Notes: generated from the letters alone by a model not told the origin. A stretch of 64,000 bases of DNA from an uncultured Gammaproteobacteria bacterium (GCA_964466315.1 CAYXNS010000008.1:2400-66399), one strand, 5' to 3'; shown: positions 1 through 8,902, counted from the stretch's first letter. Numbers and translations are program-made.

Positions 1-347
1 TTCTACCTAGGATAGGGCTCAAATATTCCTGAAGTTTGCTTAAGATTGCTGCTCTAGGAGGCGTCTGGGGGAGGCCTGAATGTCCACTTTTTCCCCGAAT
101 GATTTTGCCCCAGTTTAATAGCCTGCCTGCAACTTCCATCTATCACCGTCCTTCACGAGCACTCCCGCAGAAGTTGCCGCTAGCTGGATGCCCGCCGGTC
201 GCCTAACTCGGTGTTTTCGAGCCGTTTCTTCGGGCAAAGGCGGCGGCCGCGGCAACCCGCGTTCGGTGCCGCTTCCACTCGTTCATTTCCAAGGTGTCTT
301 CCAGAAATTGCCCACGTTGCGCGGACGCCATAGAGTTCGAAAAACTC

Positions 348-1742
348 CTAAGCGTCAACTTCGATATCCTGAACGTTGCGCAACACGTCCAGCATGATGT
401 CGATGCCGGTGTCGAGGTACGACCGAGTAATCGTGAGGGATGGCATCAGTCGGAGGACGTTACCGTACCGTCCGCACGGCACCATGATCACACCCCGCTG
501 CAGCATCTCCTCCACGATGGCTGCGGTCCTGTTAGGGCTGATCGGCTCACCGGTCTCTCGGCTCGCCACGAGTTCGATGCCGATCATCAGACCACGACCA
601 CGAACTTCGCCGATGATCTCCAGCTCCTCGGCTGCAGCCTTCAACCGCTGCATGGCCTCATCACCGACCTCGGCCGCTCGCTGAACGAGACCGTCACGTT
701 CGATGATGTCGAGATTGGTCATGCACACCTCGGCCGAAAGGGCGTTGGCCGAGAAGGTCTGCGGCTGTGAGTGATCGTCGAGCTGCACGGCCAGATTTCG
801 GCGCATCAGGACGCCGGCCATGGGGAGGTCTCCACCCATCCCCTTGCCGAAGGTCATCATGTCCGACTCCACCCCGGCGTGCTCGACTGACCACATCTTG
901 CCGGTGCGGCCAGCGCCAGCCTGTACCTCGTCGGCTATGAACAATGCACCGTGCCTGTCGCAGGCGGCCTTGACCATCTGGACGAACTCCGGATCCGGAG
1001 GCACGTAGCCCCCCTCGCCCTGGAGCGGCTCCATGATCACCGCTGCCACGTCGTCGGCCGCAGTGTACGGCGTGTTCAGCACGTGTTCCACGTAGCCTGC
1101 GCAGGCCATGCCGCAACTGCTGCGTTCCAGACCGAGGGGGCAGCGATAGCAGTACTGATACGGCACGTGGATCACACCGGCCATGAAGGGTCCATAACCG
1201 GCCCGGTACTGATCGCCAGTCGTGAGCGAGTTCGCGGCATGCCATGTCCCGTGATATGCCCCATGGAAGGCGACGATCTGATGCCTTCCCGTGACCCTCT
1301 TCGCGAACTTGATCGCGCTCTCCACCGCGCCACTACCGCTCTGGGTGAAGTAGGTGATGCAGTTGTCACGAAGGCCGGGTGGTGCCACCGATGCAAGTTT
1401 CTTGGCGAGTTCCCCCCGTTTGGTGTTGCTGATGTCGGATCCGTGCATGAGCACCTTGGACTGGCGGTCGATCGCTGCGATGACATCGGGATGGACCCGT
1501 CCGACGCTGTTGACCGCAACCCCTGCCGACATGTCGATGTAGAGGTTCCCGTCCGGATCGAGCACCGTTACGCCCTTGCCGCTGTCGAAGATCAGCGGGA
1601 ACCGCCCACCACCGCGGGTCATGGACTCATAGTTCGGCACCTCCTCGAGCAAGGTTGCGCTTATCGGTCCCGGAAGAACAGCCGAGACGATCTTCGGAGC
1701 GCCGGAAAATGACAGTGCTTCGAGTTCCTGTTCTGAGATCAT
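348..1742 (-). CDS. Class-III PLP-dependent aminotransferase (omega-transaminase / 4-aminobutyrate aminotransferase-like)
   Basis: Track ORF 348..1946 trimmed to an internal Met (MISEQELEAL...). Its ATG (1742..1740) overlaps the upstream stop as ATGA. Family hallmarks present: FHGAYHG, MEPLQGEGG, IADEVQAGAGRTG, TFGKGMGG (PLP lysine). Confidence 0.85.
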   Translation of the reverse strand: MISEQELEALSFSGAPKIVSAVLPGPISATLLEEVPNYESMTRGGGRFPLIFDSGKGVTVLDPDGNLYIDMSAGVAVNSVGRVHPDVIAAIDRQSKVLMHGSDISNTKRGELAKKLASVAPPGLRDNCITYFTQSGSGAVESAIKFAKRVTGRHQIVAFHGAYHGTWHAANSLTTGDQYRAGYGPFMAGVIHVPYQYCYRCPLGLERSSCGMACAGYVEHVLNTPYTAADDVAAVIMEPLQGEGGYVPPDPEFVQMVKAACDRHGALFIADEVQAGAGRTGKMWSVEHAGVESDMMTFGKGMGGDLPMAGVLMRRNLAVQLDDHSQPQTFSANALSAEVCMTNLDIIERDGLVQRAAEVGDEAMQRLKAAAEELEIIGEVRGRGLMIGIELVASRETGEPISPNRTAAIVEEMLQRGVIMVPCGRYGNVLRLMPSLTITRSYLDTGIDIMLDVLRNVQDIEVDA

Positions 1743-3208
1743 GCATTCTCCTTCTTCGAAGCCGCCCGGTCGATGATGCTCCACAGTCGGTCGACGTCGT
1801 CGGCGGTCGTCCACGTCGATCCGACCGACACCCGGATGAAGCGCTCCGAGCCGAGGCTCGAACCCGTCAGATAGACGTTGGGCGCCGAGTTGATCGCATC
1901 CAGCAATGCGTTCGTGGCCTCGTTTCCCGAACGGTGGCGGAAACACACCAAACCGAAGGAGACCGGAGCAGTCAGGGCGAGGTGATCGTGCTGTTCGATC
2001 CTCGCAGCAACCGTCCCTGTGAGACGGATATATTCCCGGAGGTGGTGCCGGATCCCTTCGGCGCCATAGCTACGCAGCACCCACCATAGCTTGAGCGCTC
2101 GGAACCGCCGGCCCAGCGGCACCTGCCAGTCCCGGTAGTCGATCACCCGGCCGGATTCCGAAGCCGTATTCCTCAGATACGGAGGCGTAATGGACATGGC
2201 GTCGATCAGCGATGCGCGATCAGCGACGTAGAGAACGTTGCAGTCGAAGTTCGTGAACATCCATTTGTGGGGATTGAACGTGTAACTGTCTGCCGACGCG
2301 GCGCCCGCCTGGGAGGGGCGGAGCTCCGGACAGACCATGGCGGATCCGCCATATGCTGCATCGACGTGGTGCCACATGCCTTCGTCGCTCGCGATCTGCG
2401 ATATCGCGGCGATGGGATCGACCGCCGCAGTCCCCGTCGTGCCGAGGACGCTCGTGACGATGAGCGGCGTCAACCCCGTGTCTCGATCGGCGGTGAGCGC
2501 CGCTCGGAGCGCCTCCGGGTCGAGACTCCAGTTCTCATCGACGTCGATTGCCCGGAAGTGCTCGATGCCTGCGACGCGAGCCCCCTTCTCGACGGACGAA
2601 TGTGCCTGACCCGAGGCGTAGGCGACGAACTCTGGCCGACGGGTCTGCCCAGCCATCGCTCGTTCTCGGGCAACCACATGGACCAGGTGAGTAGAGTCCG
2701 AAGCACTCGACTGGAGGACGCCACCGCCCGGTCCGGTCCGGTTCCGCCATGCCGCGGGGAGGCCGAGGAGATCCACCAGCCAGTCCGTTACCCGATTCTC
2801 GATTTCGGTCGCAGCCGGACTCGTCGACCAGAGCATCCCCTGCACTCCGAGGCCAGCGCTCACGAGCTCACCCAGGATCGAGGGTCCCGACGTGGTTGCG
2901 GGGTAGTACGCGAACCACCCCGGTGACTGCCAGTGGGTGATACCGGGCATCACGACCTTGTCGAGATCACGAATCAGGTCCTCGAACTGCTCGGGCTTCT
3001 CCGGGGCCGTCGCCGGAATGGCCACGGTGATGTCTCCCGGCTCGACATCCGGCATCACCTGGCGTTCGCCGACCGTCTCCATGTAGCGGGCCAACCAGTC
3101 GACTAGGGCATGTCCATGACGCCGGAAATCGTCGGGGTCCATGTGATAGGACGGCGCCGATCCGCCGAGCTCGTCAGAGGTATCCCGATCGGATGGGCGA
3201 TCAGTCAT
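1739..3208 (-). CDS. PLP-dependent group II decarboxylase (aromatic-L-amino-acid / tyrosine decarboxylase-like)
   Basis: 489-aa ORF with the DOPA-decarboxylase-type PLP site SYTFNPHKWMFTNFDC, HVDAAYGG and the N-terminal HWQSPGWFAYYP motif. Its start overlaps the sulfatase stop by 8 nt. Confidence 0.85.
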   Translation of the reverse strand: MTDRPSDRDTSDELGGSAPSYHMDPDDFRRHGHALVDWLARYMETVGERQVMPDVEPGDITVAIPATAPEKPEQFEDLIRDLDKVVMPGITHWQSPGWFAYYPATTSGPSILGELVSAGLGVQGMLWSTSPAATEIENRVTDWLVDLLGLPAAWRNRTGPGGGVLQSSASDSTHLVHVVARERAMAGQTRRPEFVAYASGQAHSSVEKGARVAGIEHFRAIDVDENWSLDPEALRAALTADRDTGLTPLIVTSVLGTTGTAAVDPIAAISQIASDEGMWHHVDAAYGGSAMVCPELRPSQAGAASADSYTFNPHKWMFTNFDCNVLYVADRASLIDAMSITPPYLRNTASESGRVIDYRDWQVPLGRRFRALKLWWVLRSYGAEGIRHHLREYIRLTGTVAARIEQHDHLALTAPVSFGLVCFRHRSGNEATNALLDAINSAPNVYLTGSSLGSERFIRVSVGSTWTTADDVDRLWSIIDRAASKKENA

Positions 3209-5582
3209 CGAGGCGCTCCGCCAGCCGGTTGTGCTCTGCGTCTACACGGCTTCGAGACGATTGCAGCATCTCACTTAACCGTTGACCGGGTGTGATCGTG
3301 ATGGAACGGAGGGCCCCGGAGTAGGCGAATGTCCCCCGCCGCGACCGCAGTTCCCGTGAGACGGGCGATCTACGGTCGATCCCGACATCGATCCCCTGAA
3401 AGGGCGTGATGCCGGAGAACAGATTGAATTGTGCCGGGACCTCCCGCACCTCGCCGTGGACTGCGATACGCACGGAACACACGCCTTCGGGTTGGGCAAC
3501 GAACGCGACGTCGATCTGATCGAGGTGCGGACCGAGGGCACCCATGTCGAAGTCACGCGCCCGACCGCCGTAGTTGTGACAGAAGTGCAGATGGCCATCC
3601 TCGACGTACAGAAGGTAGCCGCCACCTTGGTCACCCTGTGCGATCAGAACACCTTCGTCGGTGGGCCGGTAGCTGTCCCCAAAATCTACTCGCACGTCGA
3701 AGGATCGCATCTGGACGAGGATTCGCGAGCGATACCTGTCCAGGGTCTGGGCCCCGCGCAGGTTCTCGATGGGCCGGGACGCTCGATGCTGCTCAGGCGA
3801 AACGGGATCCTTCAGTCCGCTGTCGTCCGTCAGGGGGAACACCTGCTTCTCCCACGCCGTGTCTTCCCACTCGGCGGCCATCGCGGTGGTGCGTTCGATC
3901 TCATCAGAGGACAGGTCCACGATCTGGGTCGGATCAGTGGTGAGGTCGTACAACTCCCAGTCCTCATCCGCGTAGCGGCCCACACCATCGTACCGTGCCA
4001 CGATCTCCCAGCCGTCCACGTACATGCTGCGATTGCCGTCCATCTCGTAGTACTGCTTGCGGTGTCGGCTGGTGGTTTCGGGATCGTGGATGGAGTCGAT
4101 GAAGCTGAACCCGTCGAGTTCGTCGAGTTGGTAATCCTCGCCCTTCGCTAGAGCCATTATCGTAGGGAGCACGTCGGTCACATGCAGGTACTGGCGACGC
4201 AAGGCGCCCATGTCGGCGATGCCTGCTGGCCAGGACAAGATAGCGGGGACGGAATGCCCGCCTGCATGTGTCTGACGCTTAAACAGCCGGAATGGGGTGT
4301 TGCTCAGGCGGGCCCACCCCCAGTTGTAGGCCGGCTTCGCATGCGGTGAGCCGATCAGATGGATGACGGAGTGGGCAAACTCGGGTGAGACCAGGCGCTT
4401 GTGCTCGTCGGTCTGCGGGAGTCCGGCGACCCTGGGCGCGCTGAAGTAGTAAGGTGATCCCGCTGGGCCTCCCTCCTGGCTCGCCCCGTTGTCGGAGAGG
4501 AACAGGAAGACGGTGTTGTCCCACTGGTTGGTCTCGATGAGATGGTCGCGGAGTCGCCCGACACTCCGGTCGATGCTGCTCACCATTGCGGCATAGACCT
4601 CCATGTACCGCGCGAAGACTGCCTGCTGCTCGCCAGTGAGGGAGTCCCACTCCGGCACCTCGTAACCCTCTTCCTCGCCGGAGGGCAGCCGCGTCTCCGG
4701 AGCAATGATCCCCATCAGCTTCTGTCGCTCGAAACGTTCGAGACGCGCCCGGTCCCAACCCATCGCGTAGCGCCCGTGGTGGCGCTCGATGTCGGGCTCC
4801 TTGGCCTCCAGGGGGAAGTGGACGGCGGCGTGAGCGAAGTAGAGGAAGAACGGGCGTGACTGCTCGCCGAGGTGGCGATCACGCAGCATCCGCAAAGCCT
4901 GGTCGGCAAGGTCATCCGTCATGTAGTAGCCATCAGGGTACTCGTCGACGTGCAGGATCGAGTTGCCGTCGACGAGTTGGTGGGGGTCGTGCAGACTTGT
5001 GAAGCCGTCAAGGATCCCATAGAACTCATCGAACCCGTTCTGGAGCGGCCAGTTCCGTCGCGGCGCATCGACGGACATGTGGGCTTCCCGTGCGAGATGC
5101 CATTTGCCGACCATGAGCGTTGAGTACCCCTCGTCACGGAGTCGCTCCGCGATCGTCGGGGCAACCCCCAGCTCCATCCGGTAGTTCGGGTAGCCGGGAT
5201 CGACGTGGACAACGTCGGCATAGCCGGCGAGGTGGTGATCGACACCCGTCATGAGTGAAGCGCGCGTGGTCGAGCATTTCGGGGTGGCATGGAAGTTCGT
5301 GTACCGGATGCCCTGAGCGGCGATGGCGTCGAGGTTGGGGGTAGGGATCTCCCCACCGAAGCAGCCGACGTCCGAATAACCGAGATCGTCGGCCAGCATC
5401 AAGATGATGTTCGGGCTTCCCGGCCTGGCCGAGGTCTCTGCGGGCCATGATGGGGTGGACTCGGAAAATGTCCGGCCGATCTTGCCATCGAAGTCGCCAT
5501 AGGCCCGTTTTCGCGCCCCCTGCGACGTGGTCATCCGAGGGCCCGACGGTTTCTTCTTATCTTCGGCATTCATCTTCGGCAT
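3201..5582 (-). CDS. Arylsulfatase, long (about 790 aa) AtsA-type with C-terminal extension
   Basis: Sulfatase motifs LMLADDLGYSDVGCFGG, PKCSTTRASLMTG (formylglycine site, Pro replaced by Thr), GKWHLA, FLSDNGA. The start is ambiguous: ATG 5582 (MPKMNAED...) or ATG 5534 (MTTSQGARK...). See findings. Confidence 0.85.
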   Translation of the reverse strand: MPKMNAEDKKKPSGPRMTTSQGARKRAYGDFDGKIGRTFSESTPSWPAETSARPGSPNIILMLADDLGYSDVGCFGGEIPTPNLDAIAAQGIRYTNFHATPKCSTTRASLMTGVDHHLAGYADVVHVDPGYPNYRMELGVAPTIAERLRDEGYSTLMVGKWHLAREAHMSVDAPRRNWPLQNGFDEFYGILDGFTSLHDPHQLVDGNSILHVDEYPDGYYMTDDLADQALRMLRDRHLGEQSRPFFLYFAHAAVHFPLEAKEPDIERHHGRYAMGWDRARLERFERQKLMGIIAPETRLPSGEEEGYEVPEWDSLTGEQQAVFARYMEVYAAMVSSIDRSVGRLRDHLIETNQWDNTVFLFLSDNGASQEGGPAGSPYYFSAPRVAGLPQTDEHKRLVSPEFAHSVIHLIGSPHAKPAYNWGWARLSNTPFRLFKRQTHAGGHSVPAILSWPAGIADMGALRRQYLHVTDVLPTIMALAKGEDYQLDELDGFSFIDSIHDPETTSRHRKQYYEMDGNRSMYVDGWEIVARYDGVGRYADEDWELYDLTTDPTQIVDLSSDEIERTTAMAAEWEDTAWEKQVFPLTDDSGLKDPVSPEQHRASRPIENLRGAQTLDRYRSRILVQMRSFDVRVDFGDSYRPTDEGVLIAQGDQGGGYLLYVEDGHLHFCHNYGGRARDFDMGALGPHLDQIDVAFVAQPEGVCSVRIAVHGEVREVPAQFNLFSGITPFQGIDVGIDRRSPVSRELRSRRGTFAYSGALRSITITPGQRLSEMLQSSRSRVDAEHNRLAERLDD

Positions 5583-5660
5583 TCCTCGCTCGAAGCCAGG
5601 CTCTCGTACCGGGAGGTGGCCCTACGATGTGGGATGGGAAAGCCCACATGACGGGACAGT
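5539..5660 (-). promoter_or_regulatory. Leader copy L1 upstream of the sulfatase operon (paralog of 8356..8477)
   Basis: About 85% identical by eye to 8356..8477 over the shared core. Contains the perfect inverted repeat ATGTGGG-N9-CCCACAT (5627..5633 / 5643..5649) and the shared ATGCCGAAGAT start region. Confidence 0.55.
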
Positions 5661-5776
5661 ATCATGAGTCGATGCTCGTGATCATGGTCCCGTGACCGAG
5701 AGTCGCTGCCGCGGCAAAAGGGCTGCGGCTCGACGGTGTTCCGTGCGCATCGCAGTCCACGACAAGGTGTGGGCCG

Positions 5777-6541
5777 TCATCCGATGACCCTTCGCAGGAA
5801 CGCTCGTGACCGCCCATCCTTCGGGTTCACGAGCACGTCACCCGGAGGACCGTGCTCGATGATCCCCCCATCAGCCATGATCGCCACGTCGTCACACGAG
5901 CTGCGCGCGAAACCGATCTCGTGGGTGATCACCAGCATCGTGATGCCGCGTCCGCTCAGTGCGGACATCGTGTCGAGAACCTCACCGACGAGCGCAGGGT
6001 CGAGCGAGCTCGTCGGCTCGTCGAGAAGCATAACTGTCGGGTCCATGGCGAGGGCCCTGGCGATGCCGACACGCTGTTGCTGGCCGCCGGAAAGCTCGCT
6101 GGGGTAGAAATCGGCCCGGTCCTCGACAGCTACGGTTCGAAGGTGCTCCATGGCGACGGCCCTGGCCTCGCCCTTGCTCACGCCCTTGACGTACACGGGC
6201 CCCGCCATCACGTTCTCGATAGCCGTCATGTGAGGGAACAGGTTGAAATGCTGGAACACCATCTGGATACCTGCCCGACGTCGTGCGATCTCACTGTGCC
6301 CGAGTTCGAGGAGCCGATTGCCCTCCCTGCGGTATCCCACCATCTCGCCGTGCACCTTGATGGTTCCTGAGTCGATGGTCTCGAGATGATTGATGCAGCG
6401 CAGCAGGGTGCTCTTCCCCGCACCCGACGGGCCGATCAGCCCGAGCGTAGTCCCAGTCTCCACAACGAGCGAGGTGTTGATGAGCACCTCGACATCGCCG
6501 TACGATTTCGAGACGTTCGTTATTTCTACCGCTGAAACCAT
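5777..6541 (-). CDS. Polar amino acid ABC transporter ATP-binding protein (GlnQ/HisP-like)
   Basis: Trimmed to MVSAVEITNV. Walker A GPSGAGKST, signature LSGGQQQRV, Walker B MLLDEPTS, H-loop ITHE. Overlaps the permease stop by 16 nt. Confidence 0.9.
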   Translation of the reverse strand: MVSAVEITNVSKSYGDVEVLINTSLVVETGTTLGLIGPSGAGKSTLLRCINHLETIDSGTIKVHGEMVGYRREGNRLLELGHSEIARRRAGIQMVFQHFNLFPHMTAIENVMAGPVYVKGVSKGEARAVAMEHLRTVAVEDRADFYPSELSGGQQQRVGIARALAMDPTVMLLDEPTSSLDPALVGEVLDTMSALSGRGITMLVITHEIGFARSSCDDVAIMADGGIIEHGPPGDVLVNPKDGRSRAFLRRVIG

Positions 6542-7449
6542 GCACGGACCTTTTGAACGGTCATCCGGATAGGCGAAGTGGACGTTTGCTCGCCACGGTA
6601 GCCCTTCGAGAACCGACGTTCGAGGAGCCGCTGTCCGGCGGTAGCGATTGCCACCATCGCCAAGTACCAAATGGACGCGACGGTCAGCAGCTCGAGTACT
6701 CGCAGATTTGTCGCGGCGATGTTCTGTGCGTTCGTCAATAGATCGCCGCCGGCGATCACGAAAATGAGCGAAGTCGCCTTCAACACAGAGATGAACTCAT
6801 TGCCCGCCGGTGGGACGATCACACGCATCGCCTGCGGCAGCATCACGCGGAACGTCACCTGGCGGCGCTGCATCCCCAGGCTCAGCGCCGCCTCTATCTG
6901 TCCGCGACCGACGGAGTTGATTCCCGCTCGCACAACCTCCGACATGCGGGCAGCCTGGTGGAGGCCCAATCCGAGGGTCCCCGCAACGAACGTGGTCATC
7001 AAATCGTTGGTATCGAGGTCGAACAGCGTGATGCTCGTGAAGGGGATCGTGAGCGTGAGCCGCTGGAAAAACAGAGAGAGATTTCCCCATATCAGGATCT
7101 GAACGAGCAGCGGAACGGCCCGAAAGAACGCGATATACGCCCGGTTGATCCCGGTGAGAACAGGATTGCTCGACCTCGACATGAGACCCAAGATCACCCC
7201 TAGGACCGTCGCGAGGGCCATCGCGGTGACTGCGAGCGTGATAGTTACCCACACACCGCCGAGGATCACGGGGTGGAATAAGTATTCGCCGATCACCGAG
7301 TGGTCGATGAACGGATTCGTGTAGAACGACTGGGCGATGAGGAAGGACAGCAGCAGGACGCCGGCAGCCGAAGCCCAGCGGCCGTATCTTCGCGGTTGGG
7401 TGAAGACAGGGGTGCTAAATTCAGACCCCTGGGATTCGGCCGTTTTCAT
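6526..7449 (-). CDS. Amino acid ABC transporter permease (His/Glu/Gln/Arg/opine family)
   Basis: Trimmed to MKTAESQG. Polytopic hydrophobic protein with the EAA-type loop EAALSLGMQRRQVTFRVMLPQA. Confidence 0.85.
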   Translation of the reverse strand: MKTAESQGSEFSTPVFTQPRRYGRWASAAGVLLLSFLIAQSFYTNPFIDHSVIGEYLFHPVILGGVWVTITLAVTAMALATVLGVILGLMSRSSNPVLTGINRAYIAFFRAVPLLVQILIWGNLSLFFQRLTLTIPFTSITLFDLDTNDLMTTFVAGTLGLGLHQAARMSEVVRAGINSVGRGQIEAALSLGMQRRQVTFRVMLPQAMRVIVPPAGNEFISVLKATSLIFVIAGGDLLTNAQNIAATNLRVLELLTVASIWYLAMVAIATAGQRLLERRFSKGYRGEQTSTSPIRMTVQKVRAWFQR

Positions 7450-7477
7450 CACCCTCACTCGGGTACGTCGCCGGCGA

Positions 7478-8386
7478 TCACTCGACAACGTTAATGGGAA
7501 TCGGGTCGTACAGACCGTCCGGGTCAACGCCGTATTTCTCGAGGATCCTTGCGGCCGTACCGTCGTCGACCAGTCGTTGCAGTGCCGCTCGCACGGCGTC
7601 GCGGAGCTCGTCTCTGCCCTTGAGGAACGCGAACGCATCCGGCTGGACCGTATAGGGGCCCCCAGGTGCCACCTCGAAGACCGTGCCGTCCTCGAGGTTC
7701 GCGGAAACGTAGCTCAAGGTAGCCACGGGACCGAAGGTCGCTTCGGCCTGCCCAGAGCGAACCGCCAATTGTGCATAGGAAATCCCGGGGAACTCTTTGA
7801 TCTCCATCGGATCGGGACACGATTCGTTGGCTTCGGTCACGACGCCGACAGCGACGGATCCAGCGAGAGCTGCCACCGTGTGGCCACAAAGCGACTCGAG
7901 ACTGTTGAAACCGTTCGGATTGCCGGCCGCAACCAAGATCCCGAGTCCGTTCCCTAGGTAGTCCACAAAATCGAGGAGATCATGGTGAGATTTCTTGTCG
8001 CTGATGGTGAGGGTCATGTCGATGCTCCCGCGCTGCAAGCCCGGAACCAGCGAAGCGAACGGCATGTCGGTGAACTCCATCTCGATGCCAAGCAGGTCGC
8101 CCACGGCATTGGAGATATCGGTCATGTACCCGGTGCGGGTAGCCGCATCTTCCTCAAGGTACACGGCTGGGATCTCGGTCACCGGCCCACCCGCCTTGAT
8201 GACGCCCGTCTCACGGATGTCGTCGGGGAGCAGCGCGTGCAATTCCCCGCTCATCGCTTCCGTAGCGGGACGTGGCGCATCTGTCGCCGCCTGTGGCGTG
8301 GTGTCGTCGTTTCCGCAAGCGGCAACGATCAAGAACACGGTAAGTAGTCCAATAGGAGTCCGACGGCTTTTTCTCATCTTCGGCAT
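7478..8386 (-). CDS. Amino acid ABC transporter substrate-binding lipoprotein (family 3 SBP)
   Basis: Trimmed to MPKMRKSRRTPIGLLTVFLIVAACG (basic n-region plus lipobox LIVAAC). First gene of an SBP-permease-ATPase string. Confidence 0.85.
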   Translation of the reverse strand: MPKMRKSRRTPIGLLTVFLIVAACGNDDTTPQAATDAPRPATEAMSGELHALLPDDIRETGVIKAGGPVTEIPAVYLEEDAATRTGYMTDISNAVGDLLGIEMEFTDMPFASLVPGLQRGSIDMTLTISDKKSHHDLLDFVDYLGNGLGILVAAGNPNGFNSLESLCGHTVAALAGSVAVGVVTEANESCPDPMEIKEFPGISYAQLAVRSGQAEATFGPVATLSYVSANLEDGTVFEVAPGGPYTVQPDAFAFLKGRDELRDAVRAALQRLVDDGTAARILEKYGVDPDGLYDPIPINVVE

Positions 8387-8477
8387 TTCTCTTTGGGGTT
8401 TCTCTCTCGAAGCCACGCCCTCGCACCGGGAGACCAACCTATGATGTGGGACGGGAAAGCCCACATGAGGGGACAGT
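8356..8477 (-). promoter_or_regulatory. Leader copy L2 upstream of the ABC transporter operon (paralog of 5539..5660)
   Basis: Same inverted repeat ATGTGGG-N9-CCCACAT (8444..8450 / 8460..8466), the same downstream CCCGGTRCGAG...GGCTTCGAG block and the same ATGCCGAAGATG start as L1. Confidence 0.55.
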
Positions 8478-8612
8478 GTGGTGATTTGCCAACCGCGTTG
8501 TCAAGCTAGATGCGGACTGCTCCAGGCAAGCGGTTGACAACCGTTTTAGGGTGGAGATAGCCTCATCCCACAATGCGGTATATGAATTCTTGCTAGGCAG
8601 GATAGAAGCGCT

Positions 8613-8882
8613 GTGACCACGAGCACTCCAGCCGAACCGGCATCACACCCCCTTGATCGTTTCGCCGTCGAGGGGAAGAGCGCCGTCATCACTGGTGCCT
8701 CGGGAGCACTGGGAGCCGGCATCGAGAACATCGGTGGAGACCTCGATGCGGCCACAGGCAAGCGGTGCACATTTGCGGCCTTCCCATGGCGATGGACCGA
8801 GGGCGACGGATCCGGAGTCCGTGTCGTCGCCATCCTGGATCGCAACGGGAGCTACCGGATCAGCCGGGACGAAGGTACATAG
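8613..8882 (+). pseudogene. Possible remnant of a short-chain dehydrogenase/reductase (N-terminal Rossmann segment only)
   Basis: The 89-aa ORF begins LDRFAVEGKSAVITGASGALGAGI (SDR TGxxxGxG cofactor motif). After about 37 aa no further SDR motifs are seen, and no YxxxK in any frame before the next gene. Confidence 0.35.
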
Positions 8883-8902
8883 AATAGAAAGGAGACGCGA
8901 AG

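Noticed and set aside
207-331. ~41-codon minus-strand ORF (MASAQRGQFLEDTLEMNEWKRH...) just downstream of the aminotransferase, and the lower-GC non-coding stretch 1..190
   Set aside because: It is too short, has no motif and has no obvious SD. The first ~190 nt contain stops in all frames. I saw no repeat, tRNA or hairpin strong enough to name.
5583-5660. Assignment of the duplicated leader to a known riboswitch class (glycine, guanidine-I/ykkC, ZTP, SAM variants considered)
   Set aside because: Short resemblances such as GGUACGAGAG against the ykkC GGUCCGAGAG box are not in the right order or context, and none of the conserved cores of these classes is present. I left it unclassified.
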